Origin: Burkholderiales bacterium
Lineage (GTDB): Bacteria; Pseudomonadota; Gammaproteobacteria; Burkholderiales; SG8-39
Reading direction: 5' to 3'
Length of the DNA: 57,895 nucleotides
Assembly (NCBI GenBank): GCA_040902335.1
Contig: JBBDXL010000183.1
Span: 8,507-66,401, forward strand
Below are positions 23,874 through 34,331 of the stretch, piece by piece. The notes beneath the pieces are model-generated. The model did not search any database. It saw only the letters and a list, made by a program, of their open reading frames with translations, and had not been told where the DNA came from. A program made the position numbers and the translations under genes. Positions within the stretch are counted from its first letter, which is position 1, and each line of letters starts with the position of its first letter.

Positions 23874-25483
23874 GGGAAGTCAACGTCCCGGACATCGGGG
23901 ATTTCAAGGAGGTGGAGGTGATCGAGGTCCTGGTGAAGGCCGGCGACTCGATCACGGCCGAGCAATCGCTCATCACCGTGGAGTCGGACAAGGCGACGAT
24001 GGAAATCCCCGCCCCCGGCGCCGGCACGGTGAAGGAAATGCGCGTCAAGGTCGGCGACAAGGTGTCGCAAGGCACGCCGATCCTGATGCTGGATGAAGCC
24101 AAAGCCGACGGCGGCGACAAGGCGGCGCCCGCCGCGGAGAAAACGAAGGCAGCGCCACTAGCGCCGGCGCCGGAGAAGCCGAAGCCCGAGCCGGCATCCG
24201 CCCCCGCGGGCGCGATGACGGTGAAGGTGCCCGATATCGGCGACTTCAAGGAGGTCGAGGTCATCGAGGTGCTGGTGAAGCCGGGCGACACGGTGGCGCC
24301 CGAGCAATCGCTCATCACGGTCGAGTCGGACAAGGCGACGATGGAGATCCCGTCGCCCGCCGCCGGCAAGATCACGGCGATGAAGGTCAAGGTCGGCGAC
24401 AAGGTGTCGGAAGGCTCGACGATTCTCGAGCTCGAGGCCGAGGGTGCGGCCCCGGCGGCGGAGGCGAAGTCGCCGCAGGCGGAGCCCCAGCCCGCGGCGG
24501 TGCCTGAGGCCGCAGTACCGCAGCGCCCGCCGGTGCCGAAGGAGCCGCAGGAAGCGACGCAGGCCAAGCCGCATGCCAGTCCTTCAGTGCGCAAGTTCGC
24601 GCGCGAATTGGGCGTGGACCTCGGCCGCGTGCGTGGCACTGGCCCCAAGGGCCGCATCCTGCCTGCCGACGTCCAGGGGTTCGTGAAAGGCGCGCTCGCC
24701 GCGGCGCCTGCCGTCGCGCCGGGCGCGAAAGGCGGTGCGCTGCCGTTCAACGTGCCTGCCTGGCCCGACGTCGACTTCGCCAAGTTCGGCCCGGTCGAGA
24801 TGAAACCGCTCACGCGGCTGCAGAAGCTCTCCGGCCCGAATCTGCACCGCAACTGGATTTCCATCCCGCACGTCACCCAGTTCGACGAGGCCGACATCAC
24901 CGACCTGGAAGCTTTCAGGAAGTCCAATACCGCGGACACCGAAAAGCAGGGTTTCAAGCTGACGATGCTCGCCTTCCTCATCAAGGCCTGCGTCACGGCG
25001 CTGCGCCAGCACCCGAACTTCAACGCCAGCCTCGATCGCACGGGGGAGACCCTGGTGGTGAAGAAGTACTACAACATCGGCGTCGCGGTGGACACGCCCG
25101 ACGGGCTGGTGGTGCCGGTGGTGCGCGATGCCGATCGCAAGGGCGTGTTCGACGTGGCGCGCGAATTGGCCGAGATCTCGAAACTCGCGCGCGACAAGAA
25201 GCTGAAACCCGGCGACATGCAGGGCGGCACCTTTTCCATCTCGAGCCTCGGCGGCATCGGCGGCAGCGCGTTCACGCCGATCATCAATGCGCCCGAGGTC
25301 GCGATCCTCGGCGTCTCGAAGGCGGTGCTGCGTCCGGTGTGGACCGGCAAGGCGTTCGAGCCGCGCCTGATGCTGCCGCTGTCGCTTGCCTACGACCACC
25401 GCGTGATCGACGGGGCGGCCGGGGCGCGCTTCACCACCTATCTCGCGAGCGTGCTTGCGGATATCCGCCGGTCGCTGCTGTAG
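23870..25483 (+). CDS. aceF: Dihydrolipoamide acetyltransferase E2, two lipoyl domains
   Basis: Two VESDKATME lipoyl motifs, HASPSVRK, DHRVIDG. Confidence 0.97.
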   Translation: MREVNVPDIGDFKEVEVIEVLVKAGDSITAEQSLITVESDKATMEIPAPGAGTVKEMRVKVGDKVSQGTPILMLDEAKADGGDKAAPAAEKTKAAPLAPAPEKPKPEPASAPAGAMTVKVPDIGDFKEVEVIEVLVKPGDTVAPEQSLITVESDKATMEIPSPAAGKITAMKVKVGDKVSEGSTILELEAEGAAPAAEAKSPQAEPQPAAVPEAAVPQRPPVPKEPQEATQAKPHASPSVRKFARELGVDLGRVRGTGPKGRILPADVQGFVKGALAAAPAVAPGAKGGALPFNVPAWPDVDFAKFGPVEMKPLTRLQKLSGPNLHRNWISIPHVTQFDEADITDLEAFRKSNTADTEKQGFKLTMLAFLIKACVTALRQHPNFNASLDRTGETLVVKKYYNIGVAVDTPDGLVVPVVRDADRKGVFDVARELAEISKLARDKKLKPGDMQGGTFSISSLGGIGGSAFTPIINAPEVAILGVSKAVLRPVWTGKAFEPRLMLPLSLAYDHRVIDGAAGARFTTYLASVLADIRRSLL

Positions 25484-26884
25484 ATGGTCGACCTCGACTG
25501 CGACGTGGTGGTGCTCGGCGCCGGACCCGGTGGCTACTCCGCCGCTTTCCGCGCCGCCGACCTCGGCCTGAAGACCGTGCTGGTGGAACGCTATCCGGTG
25601 CTGGGCGGCGTGTGCCTCAACGTCGGCTGCATTCCGTCGAAGGCGCTGCTGCACACCGCGGCGGTGATGGACGCGGCTAAGGCGCTCGGCGATCACGGCG
25701 TGGTCTTCGGCGAGCCGAAGGTCAATCTTGGCAAGCTGCGCGCCTTCAAGGACAAGGTGGTCGGCAAGCTCACCGGGGGCCTTGCGTCGATGGCGAAGAT
25801 GCGAAAGGTCACGGTGGTGCAGGGTGTGGGCGCGTTCACGGGCCCGAGCCAGCTCGCCGTCGAAGGCAAGGACAAGACGGTGGTGCGCTTCAAGAGCGCG
25901 ATCATCGCCGCGGGGTCGCAGTCGGCCAAGCTCCCCTTCCTGCCCGATGATCCGCGCATCGTCGACTCCACCGGCGCGCTGGAGCTGAACGGCGTGCCGA
26001 AGAAGCTGCTTATCATCGGCGGCGGCATCATCGGCCTCGAGATGGGCACCGTGTATTCGACGCTCGGGACGCGCCTGGACGTGGTCGAAATGATGGACGG
26101 CTTGATGCTGGGGGCGGATCGCGACCTCGTCGCGGTGTGGCAGAAATTCAATGCCAGGCGCTTCGACAAGGTGATGCTGAAGTCCAAGACCACCAAGGCC
26201 GAAGCGACGAAAGCGGGCATCCGCGTCTCGTTCGAAGGGCAGGAAGCGCAGACCTACGACCTGGTCCTGGTGTCCGTGGGCCGCGTGCCGAACGGCAGGA
26301 CGATCGGCGCCGAGAAGGCCGGCGTCAAGGTCGACGAGCGCGGGTTCATCGCGGTGGACTCGCAGCGGCGCACCAACGTGCCGCATATCTTTGCCATCGG
26401 CGACATCGCCGGCAATCCGATGCTCGCACACAAGGCGGTGCACGAAGGGCACGTGGCGGCCGAGGCCGCGGCGGGGCAGAAGTCGCACTTCGACGCGCGC
26501 GTGGTACCGGCGGTCGCCTACACCGATCCCGAGATCGCCTGGGTGGGCCTGACCGAAGACGAGGCGAAGAAGGCCGGAACGAAGGTCGGCGTGGCGAAGT
26601 TTCCCTGGTCCGCGTCCGGGCGCGCGATCGCCAATGCGCGCGACGAAGGATTCACCAAGCTCGTGTTCGACGCCGAGACGCATCGCCTGCTCGGCGGAGG
26701 CATCGTCGGCACGGGCGCGGGCGATCTCGTCAGCGAGCTCGCGCTCGCCGTGGAGATGGGAGCCGACGCCACCGACATCGGCAAGACCATCCATCCCCAC
26801 CCCACGGTGTCCGAATCGATCGGCATGGCGGCGGAGGCGTTCGAGGGCGTTTGCACCGACCTGCCGCCGCAGAGGAAGAAGTGA
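25484..26884 (+). CDS. lpdA: Dihydrolipoamide dehydrogenase E3
   Basis: [28 protein letters not shown]. Confidence 0.97.
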   Translation: MVDLDCDVVVLGAGPGGYSAAFRAADLGLKTVLVERYPVLGGVCLNVGCIPSKALLHTAAVMDAAKALGDHGVVFGEPKVNLGKLRAFKDKVVGKLTGGLASMAKMRKVTVVQGVGAFTGPSQLAVEGKDKTVVRFKSAIIAAGSQSAKLPFLPDDPRIVDSTGALELNGVPKKLLIIGGGIIGLEMGTVYSTLGTRLDVVEMMDGLMLGADRDLVAVWQKFNARRFDKVMLKSKTTKAEATKAGIRVSFEGQEAQTYDLVLVSVGRVPNGRTIGAEKAGVKVDERGFIAVDSQRRTNVPHIFAIGDIAGNPMLAHKAVHEGHVAAEAAAGQKSHFDARVVPAVAYTDPEIAWVGLTEDEAKKAGTKVGVAKFPWSASGRAIANARDEGFTKLVFDAETHRLLGGGIVGTGAGDLVSELALAVEMGADATDIGKTIHPHPTVSESIGMAAEAFEGVCTDLPPQRKK

Positions 26885-27549
26885 CCCAGGACGCGTTGAA
26901 GCAGCTCGTCGCGCGCGAGGCGCTGAAGCACGTCGTCGAGGACGCGATCGTGGGCGTGGGCTCGGGCTCCACCGTCAATTTCTTCATCGACGCGCTCGCC
27001 AGCATGAAGGGCCGCATCGAGGGCGCGGTGGCGGCCTCCGAGGCGAGCGCCGAACGGCTGAAGAAGCACGGCATCCGCGTGTTCGACTTGAACGCCGTCG
27101 ACGAGCTGCCCGTCTACGTCGACGGCGCCGACGAGGTGAACGAGCACCTGTACATGATCAAGGGCGGCGGCGGCGCGCTCACGCGCGAGAAGATCATCGC
27201 CGCGGTGGCGAACAAGTTCGTATGCATCTGCGACGCTTCCAAGCTCGTCGGCGTGCTCGGCAAGTTTCCGCTGCCGGTGGAGGTGATCCCGATGGCGCGC
27301 GGCCACGTCGGGCGCGAATTGCGCAAGCTCGGCGGGCACCCCGAGCTGCGCGAGGCCTTCAAGACCGACAACGGCAACCTGATCATCGACTGCCACGGCC
27401 TCGCCATCGTCGATCCGCCGCGGCTGGAGGCGGAGCTGAACAACGTGGCCGGGGTTGTCACCAACGGCCTCTTCGCGCGCCGCGCGGCCGACCTGCTGCT
27501 ATTGGCGGGGTCCGGCGGAGTGCGCGCGCTCAGCGCCGGAAAAGCGTAA
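26881..27549 (+). CDS. rpiA: Ribose-5-phosphate isomerase A
   Basis: [24 protein letters not shown]; GTG overlaps lpdA stop. Confidence 0.97.
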   Translation: MTQDALKQLVAREALKHVVEDAIVGVGSGSTVNFFIDALASMKGRIEGAVAASEASAERLKKHGIRVFDLNAVDELPVYVDGADEVNEHLYMIKGGGGALTREKIIAAVANKFVCICDASKLVGVLGKFPLPVEVIPMARGHVGRELRKLGGHPELREAFKTDNGNLIIDCHGLAIVDPPRLEAELNNVAGVVTNGLFARRAADLLLLAGSGGVRALSAGKA

Positions 27550-27563
27550 CATCCCCGTCATAT
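27544..27563 (+). promoter_or_regulatory. Candidate Pho box
   Basis: GTAACAT (27546) and GTCATAT (27557) at 11-bp period directly upstream of phoU. Confidence 0.55.
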
Positions 27564-27585
27564 CAACATGATAGGTCGAGCGACG

Positions 27586-28284
27586 ATGGCCGAGCATACC
27601 TCCAAGCAATTCGACGCCGAGCTGGAAAGCGTGCGCTCGCGCGTGCTGCAGATGGGCGGCCTGGTCGAGGAGCAGATCATCCGCGCCATGGAGGCGCTGG
27701 TGGCGGGCGACATGGCGCAGATCGACAAGGTGATCGCGGACGATCACCGCGTCAACGCCATGGAGGTCGAGCTCGACGAGCTGTGCAGCCACATCATCGC
27801 GCGCCGCCAGCCGGCGGCGGTCGACCTGCGGCTGCTGATCACGGTGATCAAGACCATCACCGACCTCGAACGGATCGGCGACGAGGCGGAGAAGATCGGG
27901 CGCATGGCGAAGCTCATCCACACGGCCGAGCGCCAGCACATGCCGCGCATGGACCTGTCGCCGGTGGCCGAGCGGGCGCTCTCGATGCTGCGCCAGTCGC
28001 TGGACGCGTTCGCGCGCCTCGACGTGTCGGAGGCGATGCGCGTGGTGAAGCAGGACCACGAGGTGGACGACGCCTTCCGCGCCATCATGCGGCAGCTGAT
28101 CACCTTCATGATGGAGGATCCGCGCACCATCACGCGCTCGCTGGAGATCCTGTTCGTCGCCAAGGCCATCGAGCGCATCGGCGATCACGCCAAGAACATG
28201 GCCGAGTACGTGATCTACATGGTCAAGGGGCGCGACGTGCGCCACACCTCGATCGAAGAGGTGGAGAAGGAAATCCTGCAGTAG
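27586..28284 (+). CDS. phoU: Phosphate signalling protein PhoU
   Basis: HTSKQFDAELE, RQPAAVDLR, DLERIGD, ERIGDHAKN. Confidence 0.97.
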   Translation: MAEHTSKQFDAELESVRSRVLQMGGLVEEQIIRAMEALVAGDMAQIDKVIADDHRVNAMEVELDELCSHIIARRQPAAVDLRLLITVIKTITDLERIGDEAEKIGRMAKLIHTAERQHMPRMDLSPVAERALSMLRQSLDAFARLDVSEAMRVVKQDHEVDDAFRAIMRQLITFMMEDPRTITRSLEILFVAKAIERIGDHAKNMAEYVIYMVKGRDVRHTSIEEVEKEILQ

Positions 28285-28287
28285 TAT

Positions 28288-28560
28288 TTACTTTGTTGGC
28301 GGGACGTAGCCCGAGGCGACGTCGGCGCCTTCGCCGAAGAAGTGCTTCTCCATCTGCTCGGCTAGGTATTTGCGCGCCTTCGGGTCGGCGAGATTCAGGC
28401 GGTTTTCGTTCACCAGCATGGTCTGGTGCTTGAGCCATTGCGCCCAGGCCTCCTTCGACACGTTCTCGAAGATGCGCTTGCCGAGCTCGCCCGGGTAGGG
28501 CGGGAAGTCGAGCCCCTCGGCCTCGCGGCCGAGCTTGATGCATTTCACCGTTCGCGCCAT
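28288..28560 (-). CDS. yggX: Fe(II)-trafficking / oxidative damage protection protein
   Basis: [30 protein letters not shown]. Confidence 0.95.
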   Translation of the reverse strand: MARTVKCIKLGREAEGLDFPPYPGELGKRIFENVSKEAWAQWLKHQTMLVNENRLNLADPKARKYLAEQMEKHFFGEGADVASGYVPPTK

Positions 28561-28577
28561 AGGGTGGAAGTTCCGGT

Positions 28578-29894
28578 CTAGATCCGCTTGAGGAACACTT
28601 TGGAGCCGCGCTTCCAATTATAAAGCGCCTGACGCTCGCCGGGCAGCGCCGAGGGGTCGGCGGGCTTGAAGCCTTGTTCGAGGAACCAGTGCGCGGCGCG
28701 CGTGGTGAGCGCGAAGAGGCGCCGCACCTTCTGCGCGCGCGCTCTTTGCTCGCCGGCGCGCAGCAGCCGCTCGCCGTGGCCGGCATCGCGGGCTTCGGGC
28801 GCCACGGCGAGGCAGGCGAGCTCGGCGCTTCGCTCGGGCAGCGGATAGATCGCCGCGCAGCCGACGATCACGCCGTCGTGCTCCAGCACGTGAAAATTGG
28901 AGATCTCGCGCTCCAGGCGCTCGCGGCCGCGCTTCACCAGCGTGCCGTCGGCCTCGAGCGGCTCGATCAGCGCGAGGATGCCGCCGACATCCTCGATGCG
29001 CGCCTCGCGCAGGCGCTGCATAGGCTCCGCGGTGATCATGGTGCCAACGCCCGAATGCGTGAAGAGCTCGAGCAGCGCGGCGCCGGGGGTGCGCCGCGAA
29101 ATCAGGTGCGCGCGGCCCACACCGGCGGCGAGCGCGGCGAGCGCGTGGCGCAGCGCGCGCGTGGTGTGCGCGCCGAGGTCGCTCTTCTTCAGCAGCGCCT
29201 CGGCCTCGCGCGCGGTGAGCTCGCCGATCGCCGCGCCCTTGCGGTCCGCGGGCGGGCGGTCGACGAACAGCAGCAGCTTGTCGGCGCGCAGCGCGGCGGC
29301 GACGCTTTGCGCCACGTCCTCCCAGGACAGATTGAACACCTCGCCCGTGGGGGAGTAGCCGATGTGCGGCACCAGCACCACTTCGCCCGCCTCCAGGCGC
29401 CGCGCGATGGCCGGCGCGTCGACCTTGCGCACCAGCCCGGTGAACTGGTAATCGACGCCTTCAACCACGCCGATCGGCTGCGCGGCAATGTAGTTGCCGG
29501 AGGCGACGCGGATCTCGGCGCCCGCCATCGGCGAGCTCGGCAGGCCCTGGGAGAGCAGCGCCTCGATCTCCACGCGCAGCGCGCCCGCCGCGTGCTTCAC
29601 CGCGACCAGCGCCGCCGCGTCGGTGACGCGCAAGCCCCTGGCGTAGCGCGAGCGCAGGCCCTTCGCCTTCAGCTCGGCTTCGATCTGCGGGCGCGCGCCG
29701 TGCACCAGCACCAGCCGGATGTCGAGCGCGGCGAGCAGGTTCACGTCCTGGATGAACTGCGCGAAGCGCGCGCGCTCGGTGATCAACTCGCCGCCGAAGC
29801 CGATGACGAAGGTGCGCCCGCCGAAGGCGTGCAGGTAGGGCGCGGTCTGGCGGAACCAGCGGACGAACTCTTCGGGCTTGACGGGCGCGCTCAT
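28578..29894 (-). CDS. argA: Amino-acid N-acetyltransferase (N-acetylglutamate synthase)
   Basis: [33 protein letters not shown] domain with ELACLAV. Confidence 0.95.
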   Translation of the reverse strand: MSAPVKPEEFVRWFRQTAPYLHAFGGRTFVIGFGGELITERARFAQFIQDVNLLAALDIRLVLVHGARPQIEAELKAKGLRSRYARGLRVTDAAALVAVKHAAGALRVEIEALLSQGLPSSPMAGAEIRVASGNYIAAQPIGVVEGVDYQFTGLVRKVDAPAIARRLEAGEVVLVPHIGYSPTGEVFNLSWEDVAQSVAAALRADKLLLFVDRPPADRKGAAIGELTAREAEALLKKSDLGAHTTRALRHALAALAAGVGRAHLISRRTPGAALLELFTHSGVGTMITAEPMQRLREARIEDVGGILALIEPLEADGTLVKRGRERLEREISNFHVLEHDGVIVGCAAIYPLPERSAELACLAVAPEARDAGHGERLLRAGEQRARAQKVRRLFALTTRAAHWFLEQGFKPADPSALPGERQALYNWKRGSKVFLKRI

Positions 29895-29922
29895 GGGCTC
29901 GCGCGCGATTCTAAGGCAAGGC

Positions 29923-30672
29923 TCAGAAATCGCCCGCCAGCGCGTTGAGCGCGGCGAGCGCGGCGAGCGCGGCGGTTTCGGTGCGCAGCACGCGCGGGCC
30001 CAGGCGCACGGGCACGAACCCGGCCGCGACGAGCATGGCTTCCTCATCGGCGCCGAAGCCTGCTTCGGGTCCCGAAGCGAGCGCGGCGGCGCCGACGAGG
30101 CGCGCGGCGGCGGCGCGCAGCCCGAGTTGCGCCTGCGGCGAGAGCAGCAGGCGCACGCCGCCTGCGGCCGGCGCGCGGCAGTACTCGGCAAGCGGCAGTA
30201 CGGGCAGCACCTCGGGAATGCGATTGCGGCCGCACTGCTCGCAGGCGGCGACCGCCACGCGCCGCCAGTGCGCGCGCTTCAGCTCGGCGCGCTCGCCGGC
30301 GAGCCGCCCGACCGAGTGCGCGGCGAGCACCGGCTGCAGCGCGGCGACGCCGAGCTCGGTCGCCTTCTGCACGGTGAAATCCATCTTCTCGCCCGCGGAC
30401 ACCCCCTGTACCAGCGTCACGGCGAGCGGCGACTCGCGCTCGAGCCGCCGATGCTCGAGCACGTCCACCGACACGCGCAGGCGATCGACCGCGGCGATGC
30501 GTCCCGCATATTCGCCGCCGCGGCCGTTGAAAAGCGTCACCTCGTGGCCGGGACGCAGGCGCAGCACGTGCACCGCATGATGCGCCGTATCCTCGGGCAG
30601 TAGCGAAACGCCCCCGGCGCGCAGCGTCGAGTCCGTGTAGAAGCGCGCAACGCGCGCGGTCTTTTCATGCAT
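29923..30672 (-). CDS. rsmE: 16S rRNA m3U1498 methyltransferase
   Basis: HAVHVLRL, QKATELGV, ACEQCGR, GPEAGF, LGPRVLRTETA; start 30672 (or 30687). Confidence 0.95.
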   Translation of the reverse strand: MHEKTARVARFYTDSTLRAGGVSLLPEDTAHHAVHVLRLRPGHEVTLFNGRGGEYAGRIAAVDRLRVSVDVLEHRRLERESPLAVTLVQGVSAGEKMDFTVQKATELGVAALQPVLAAHSVGRLAGERAELKRAHWRRVAVAACEQCGRNRIPEVLPVLPLAEYCRAPAAGGVRLLLSPQAQLGLRAAAARLVGAAALASGPEAGFGADEEAMLVAAGFVPVRLGPRVLRTETAALAALAALNALAGDF

Positions 30673-30685
30673 ACTCGGATTCTGC

Positions 30686-31030
30686 ATGAAGCCCCTTTGG
30701 CACGCGACGGCGCGCGACGCGCAGGCGACGCCGGTCCCGGAAGGCCGGCGCTCGGCCGAGATCCTGCGCCGCGGCAGCCTGGAAGTGCGCTGGTATGCCC
30801 CGCGCGGCGCCGATCCGCAGACGCCGCACGAGCGCGACGAACTCTATGTGGTGGCTGCCGGGCGCGCCGAGTTCGTGCGCGGCGCGGAACGCGTGACCGT
30901 CGGTCCGAACGACCTGCTGTTCGTCCCCGCGGGCATCGCGCATCGCTTCGAGGCGATGAGCGAAGATTTCGCGACCTGGGTGATGTTCTACGGCCCGGCG
31001 GGCGGCGAGCGCGACAATCCCTTCGCCTAG
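30686..31030 (+). CDS. Cupin domain protein
   Basis: QTPHERDELYVV, LFVPAGIAHRFE, WVMFYGP. Confidence 0.88.
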   Translation: MKPLWHATARDAQATPVPEGRRSAEILRRGSLEVRWYAPRGADPQTPHERDELYVVAAGRAEFVRGAERVTVGPNDLLFVPAGIAHRFEAMSEDFATWVMFYGPAGGERDNPFA

Positions 31031-31788
31031 AGCACCGGCAGGCAGGCGCGCGCACCGTCCACGGCCGTGACGCGCACGTCCACGCCGTAGACCTGGCGCA
31101 GATTGTCGGCAGTGATCACGTCCTCGGGCGTGCCCTGGCGCAGTGCGCCGCCCGGCGCGAGCAGCAGCACGCGGCTCGCGGCGAGAAACGCCTGGCTTGG
31201 GTCGTGCGAGGAAAACACCACCGCGTAGCCCTCTGCGGCGAGGCGCCGGATCTCGCGCAGCACGCGCACCTGGTTGCCGAAATCGAGGCTCGCCGTGGGC
31301 TCGTCGAGAACCAGGGCGCGCGCGCCCTGCGCCAGCGCGCGCGCGATCATGGCGAGCTGGCGCTCGCCGCCCGAGAGCTCGGTGACGACGCGCCCGGCGA
31401 GCGCGCCGATGCCGAGCGCCTCGATCGCGCGCTCGGCCGCAGCGCGGTCGGCGGCGCTGGGCGCGGCGAACAGGCCTACGTGCGCCGTGCGTCCCATCAG
31501 CACCGCGTCGCGTACCGTGAAGGCGAACTGCGCGGCGTGGCCCTGCGGCACGTAGCCCATGCGGCGCGCCACTTCGGCGCGCGGCAGCGCGCCGAGCGAC
31601 TCGCCCTGCAGGCGCACTTCGCCGGCCTGGGCCTCGAGGAGCCCAAGCAGCGTGCGGAACAGAGTCGTCTTGCCGCCGCCGTTCGGGCCCAGCACGCACA
31701 GCACCTCGCCGGCGCCGAGCGCGAGGTTCAGGTCCCGCCCCACCGCGCGCCCGGGGTAGCCGTAGCCGAGGTCTCGCGCTTCGAGCAT
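31027..31788 (-). CDS. FecE/BtuD-type ABC ATPase
   Basis: GPNGGGKTT, LSGGERQ, LDEPT, SHD; start 31788 (TGATG overlap) or 31797. Confidence 0.92.
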   Translation of the reverse strand: MLEARDLGYGYPGRAVGRDLNLALGAGEVLCVLGPNGGGKTTLFRTLLGLLEAQAGEVRLQGESLGALPRAEVARRMGYVPQGHAAQFAFTVRDAVLMGRTAHVGLFAAPSAADRAAAERAIEALGIGALAGRVVTELSGGERQLAMIARALAQGARALVLDEPTASLDFGNQVRVLREIRRLAAEGYAVVFSSHDPSQAFLAASRVLLLAPGGALRQGTPEDVITADNLRQVYGVDVRVTAVDGARACLPVL

Positions 31789-32804
31789 CACTGCCATGCG
31801 CGCCTCGCCGACACGAACAGCCACAGGAAGAACGGCGTGCCGATGAGCGCGGTCAGCACGCCCGGGGGCAGCTCGATCGGCGCGACAGTGCGGGCGAGCG
31901 TGTCCACCGCCAGCAGGAACGCGGCGCCGAGCACCATGGCGAGCGGCAGCAGGCGCGAGAACTCCGGCCCGACCAGCATGCGCGCGGCGTGCGGGATGAG
32001 CAGCCCGACCCAGCCGATGATGCCGGAGATGGCGACCGCCGCGGCGGTCATCAGTGTCGCCGCGCACACCACCGCGAGACGCAGCCGCGCCACCGGCACG
32101 CCGAGCGCGCGCGCCTCGTCGTCCGAGAGCGACAGCAGGTTCATGCGCCAGCGCAGCAGGTACAGCGGCACGAGGCCCGCGAGGGCGAAGGGTGCAGCGA
32201 GCACGAGGTCGCCGGGCGAAACGGCGGCGAGGCTGCCGAGCAGCCAGTAGGTGATCGCCGGCAGCTGGTTGTAGGGGTCCGCGAGGTACTTGATCAGCGC
32301 GATGAAGGCGCCCAGCAGCGTCCCCAGCACGATGCCGGCGAGGATCAGCGACAGGATCGGATCGTGGCGCCGGACGTTCGCGCCGACCGCGTACACCAGG
32401 CCCACGGCGGCGAGGCCGCCCGCGAACGCGCCGAGCTGGATGACGAGCGCGCTCTGCGAAAAGAAGATGCCGAGCACCGCGCCGAGCGCGGCGCCCGCGG
32501 ACACGCCGAGGATGTCGGGCGAGACGAGCGGATTGCGGAACATGCCCTGGTAGGCGGTGCCCGCGGCGGCGAGCGCCGCGCCGACCAGCAGTGCCGCCAG
32601 GATACGCGGCCCGCGCACCTGCAGCACCACGGTCTCCACCGTCGGTGCGACTTCGTAGCCCGCGCCGAAGAGCTTGTTGGCGGCGAGCGCGGCGAGCTCG
32701 GCGAGCGACAGCGGGAAGCGTCCGGCCCCGAAGGCCAGCACTGTCAGCACGACCAGCCCCAGCGCCGCACCGGCGTAGACAACGGCGCGCGAGCGTAGCG
32801 TCAC
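31788..32804 (-). CDS. FecCD/BtuC-type ABC permease
   Basis: RGPRILAA, FRNPLVSPDILGVSAGA, IGWVGLLIPH; GTG overlaps upstream stop. Confidence 0.92.
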   Translation of the reverse strand: MTLRSRAVVYAGAALGLVVLTVLAFGAGRFPLSLAELAALAANKLFGAGYEVAPTVETVVLQVRGPRILAALLVGAALAAAGTAYQGMFRNPLVSPDILGVSAGAALGAVLGIFFSQSALVIQLGAFAGGLAAVGLVYAVGANVRRHDPILSLILAGIVLGTLLGAFIALIKYLADPYNQLPAITYWLLGSLAAVSPGDLVLAAPFALAGLVPLYLLRWRMNLLSLSDDEARALGVPVARLRLAVVCAATLMTAAAVAISGIIGWVGLLIPHAARMLVGPEFSRLLPLAMVLGAAFLLAVDTLARTVAPIELPPGVLTALIGTPFFLWLFVSARRAWQ

Positions 32805-34321
32805 ATCGTCGCGCCCACCACCCAGGGCGCGAATTCGTCCTCGCCGAAGCCGAGCAGTTCCGACTTGCTGCGCTTGCCCGAGGCGGTGTCCAGGATCATG
32901 CGGAAGATGCGCTCGCCGACCTGCTTCACGGTCTCGGTGCCGTCCACGATCGTCCCGCAGTTGATGTCCATGTCCTCTTCCATGTGCTGGTAGAGGCGCG
33001 TATTGGTGGCGAGTTTCAGCGACGGCGAGGGCTTGCAGCCGTACACCGAGCCGCGGCCGGTGGTGAAGCAGACGACATTCGCGCCCCCGGCGACGTGGCC
33101 GGTGACCGACACCGGGTCGTAGCCCGGCGTGTCCATGAACACGAAGCCCTTCGCCGTCACCTTCTCGGCGAACTGATAGACATCGACCAGGTTCATGGTG
33201 CCGCCCTTGGCGGCGGCGCCGAGCGATTTCTCGAGAATGGTCGTAAGGCCCCCGGCCTTGTTGCCGGGCGAGGGGTTGTTGTTCATCTCCATCTTGTTGC
33301 GCGCAGTGTAGTCCTCCCACCAGCGGATGCGCGCGAGGAGCTTCTCGCCCACTTCGCGCGACACGGCGCGGCGCGTGAGCAGGTGCTCGGCGCCGTAGAT
33401 CTCCGGCGTCTCGGAGAGGATCGGCGTGCCGCCGTGGCGCACGAGCAGATCGGCCGCCGCGCCGAGCGCCGGGTTGGCGCTGATGCCCGAGTAGCCGTCG
33501 GAGCCGCCGCATTCGAGGCCCAGGATCAGGTGGCTCGCGGGCACGGTCTCGCGCTTGACCTTGTTCGCCTCGGGCAGCAGCGCCGTCACGCGCGCGATGC
33601 CGTCCTTGACCGCCTTGGTGGTGCCGCCTTTTTCCTGGATGGTGAAGGCCTGCAGCTTCTCGGAAACCTTCAGCTTGGCGCTGCCCATCCAGGTGTTGAG
33701 CTGGTTCGCTTCGCACCCCAGGCCGATGCTCACGGCGGCGTAGAAGTTCGGATGCTGCGCGTAGCCGGTGAGCGTGCGGCGCAAGAGCTCCATGCCCTCG
33801 CCCTCGGAGGCCATGCCGCAGCCGGTCTTGTGCGTGAGCGCCACCACGCCGTCGACATTCGGGTAGTCGGCGAGGTTGTTGCGGAAATGGTCGGCCACCA
33901 TGCGCGCCACGGTGGCGGAGCAGTTCACGCTCGTGAGTATGCCGATGTAGTTGCGCGTGGCGACGCGGCCGTCGGCGCGCACGATGCCCTGGAAGGTGGC
34001 ACCCGGCTGCGCGTAGTCGACCGGCTTCACGCCGGTGCAGAACGCGTAGTCGCGCTCGAATTCGCCCATCGCCAGGTTGTGCACGTGCACGTGCTCGCCC
34101 GGCCGGATCGCCCTGTTGGCGAAGCCGACGATCTGGTTGTAGCGGCGCACGGGTTTGCCGGGTTCGACGGCGCGCGTGGCGAGCTTGTGGCCGGCCGGGA
34201 TCATTGCTTCCGTGCGCACGCCTTCCTTCTGCACCAGCGTGCCCGCGGGAATCTCCACGCGCGCGATGACGACGTCGTCGTCGGGGTGCAGGCGGATGGT
34301 GAGTTCGGCGGCTGGCAGCAT
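32801..34321 (-). CDS. UxaA/GarD-family sugar-acid dehydratase with SAF domain
   Basis: IPAGHKLA, HVHVHNL, TSVNCS, CGGSD, NNNPSPGNKAGG, FTTGRGS. Confidence 0.92.
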   Translation of the reverse strand: MLPAAELTIRLHPDDDVVIARVEIPAGTLVQKEGVRTEAMIPAGHKLATRAVEPGKPVRRYNQIVGFANRAIRPGEHVHVHNLAMGEFERDYAFCTGVKPVDYAQPGATFQGIVRADGRVATRNYIGILTSVNCSATVARMVADHFRNNLADYPNVDGVVALTHKTGCGMASEGEGMELLRRTLTGYAQHPNFYAAVSIGLGCEANQLNTWMGSAKLKVSEKLQAFTIQEKGGTTKAVKDGIARVTALLPEANKVKRETVPASHLILGLECGGSDGYSGISANPALGAAADLLVRHGGTPILSETPEIYGAEHLLTRRAVSREVGEKLLARIRWWEDYTARNKMEMNNNPSPGNKAGGLTTILEKSLGAAAKGGTMNLVDVYQFAEKVTAKGFVFMDTPGYDPVSVTGHVAGGANVVCFTTGRGSVYGCKPSPSLKLATNTRLYQHMEEDMDINCGTIVDGTETVKQVGERIFRMILDTASGKRSKSELLGFGEDEFAPWVVGATM

Positions 34322-34331
34322 GCGAGCCTCC

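Noticed and set aside
23885-24435. ~200-bp direct repeat
   Set aside because: Tandem lipoyl domains of AceF, an ordinary feature
25484-26884. LpdA lacks the N-terminal lipoyl domain seen in some betaproteobacteria
   Set aside because: The plain E3 form is common and the gene looks intact
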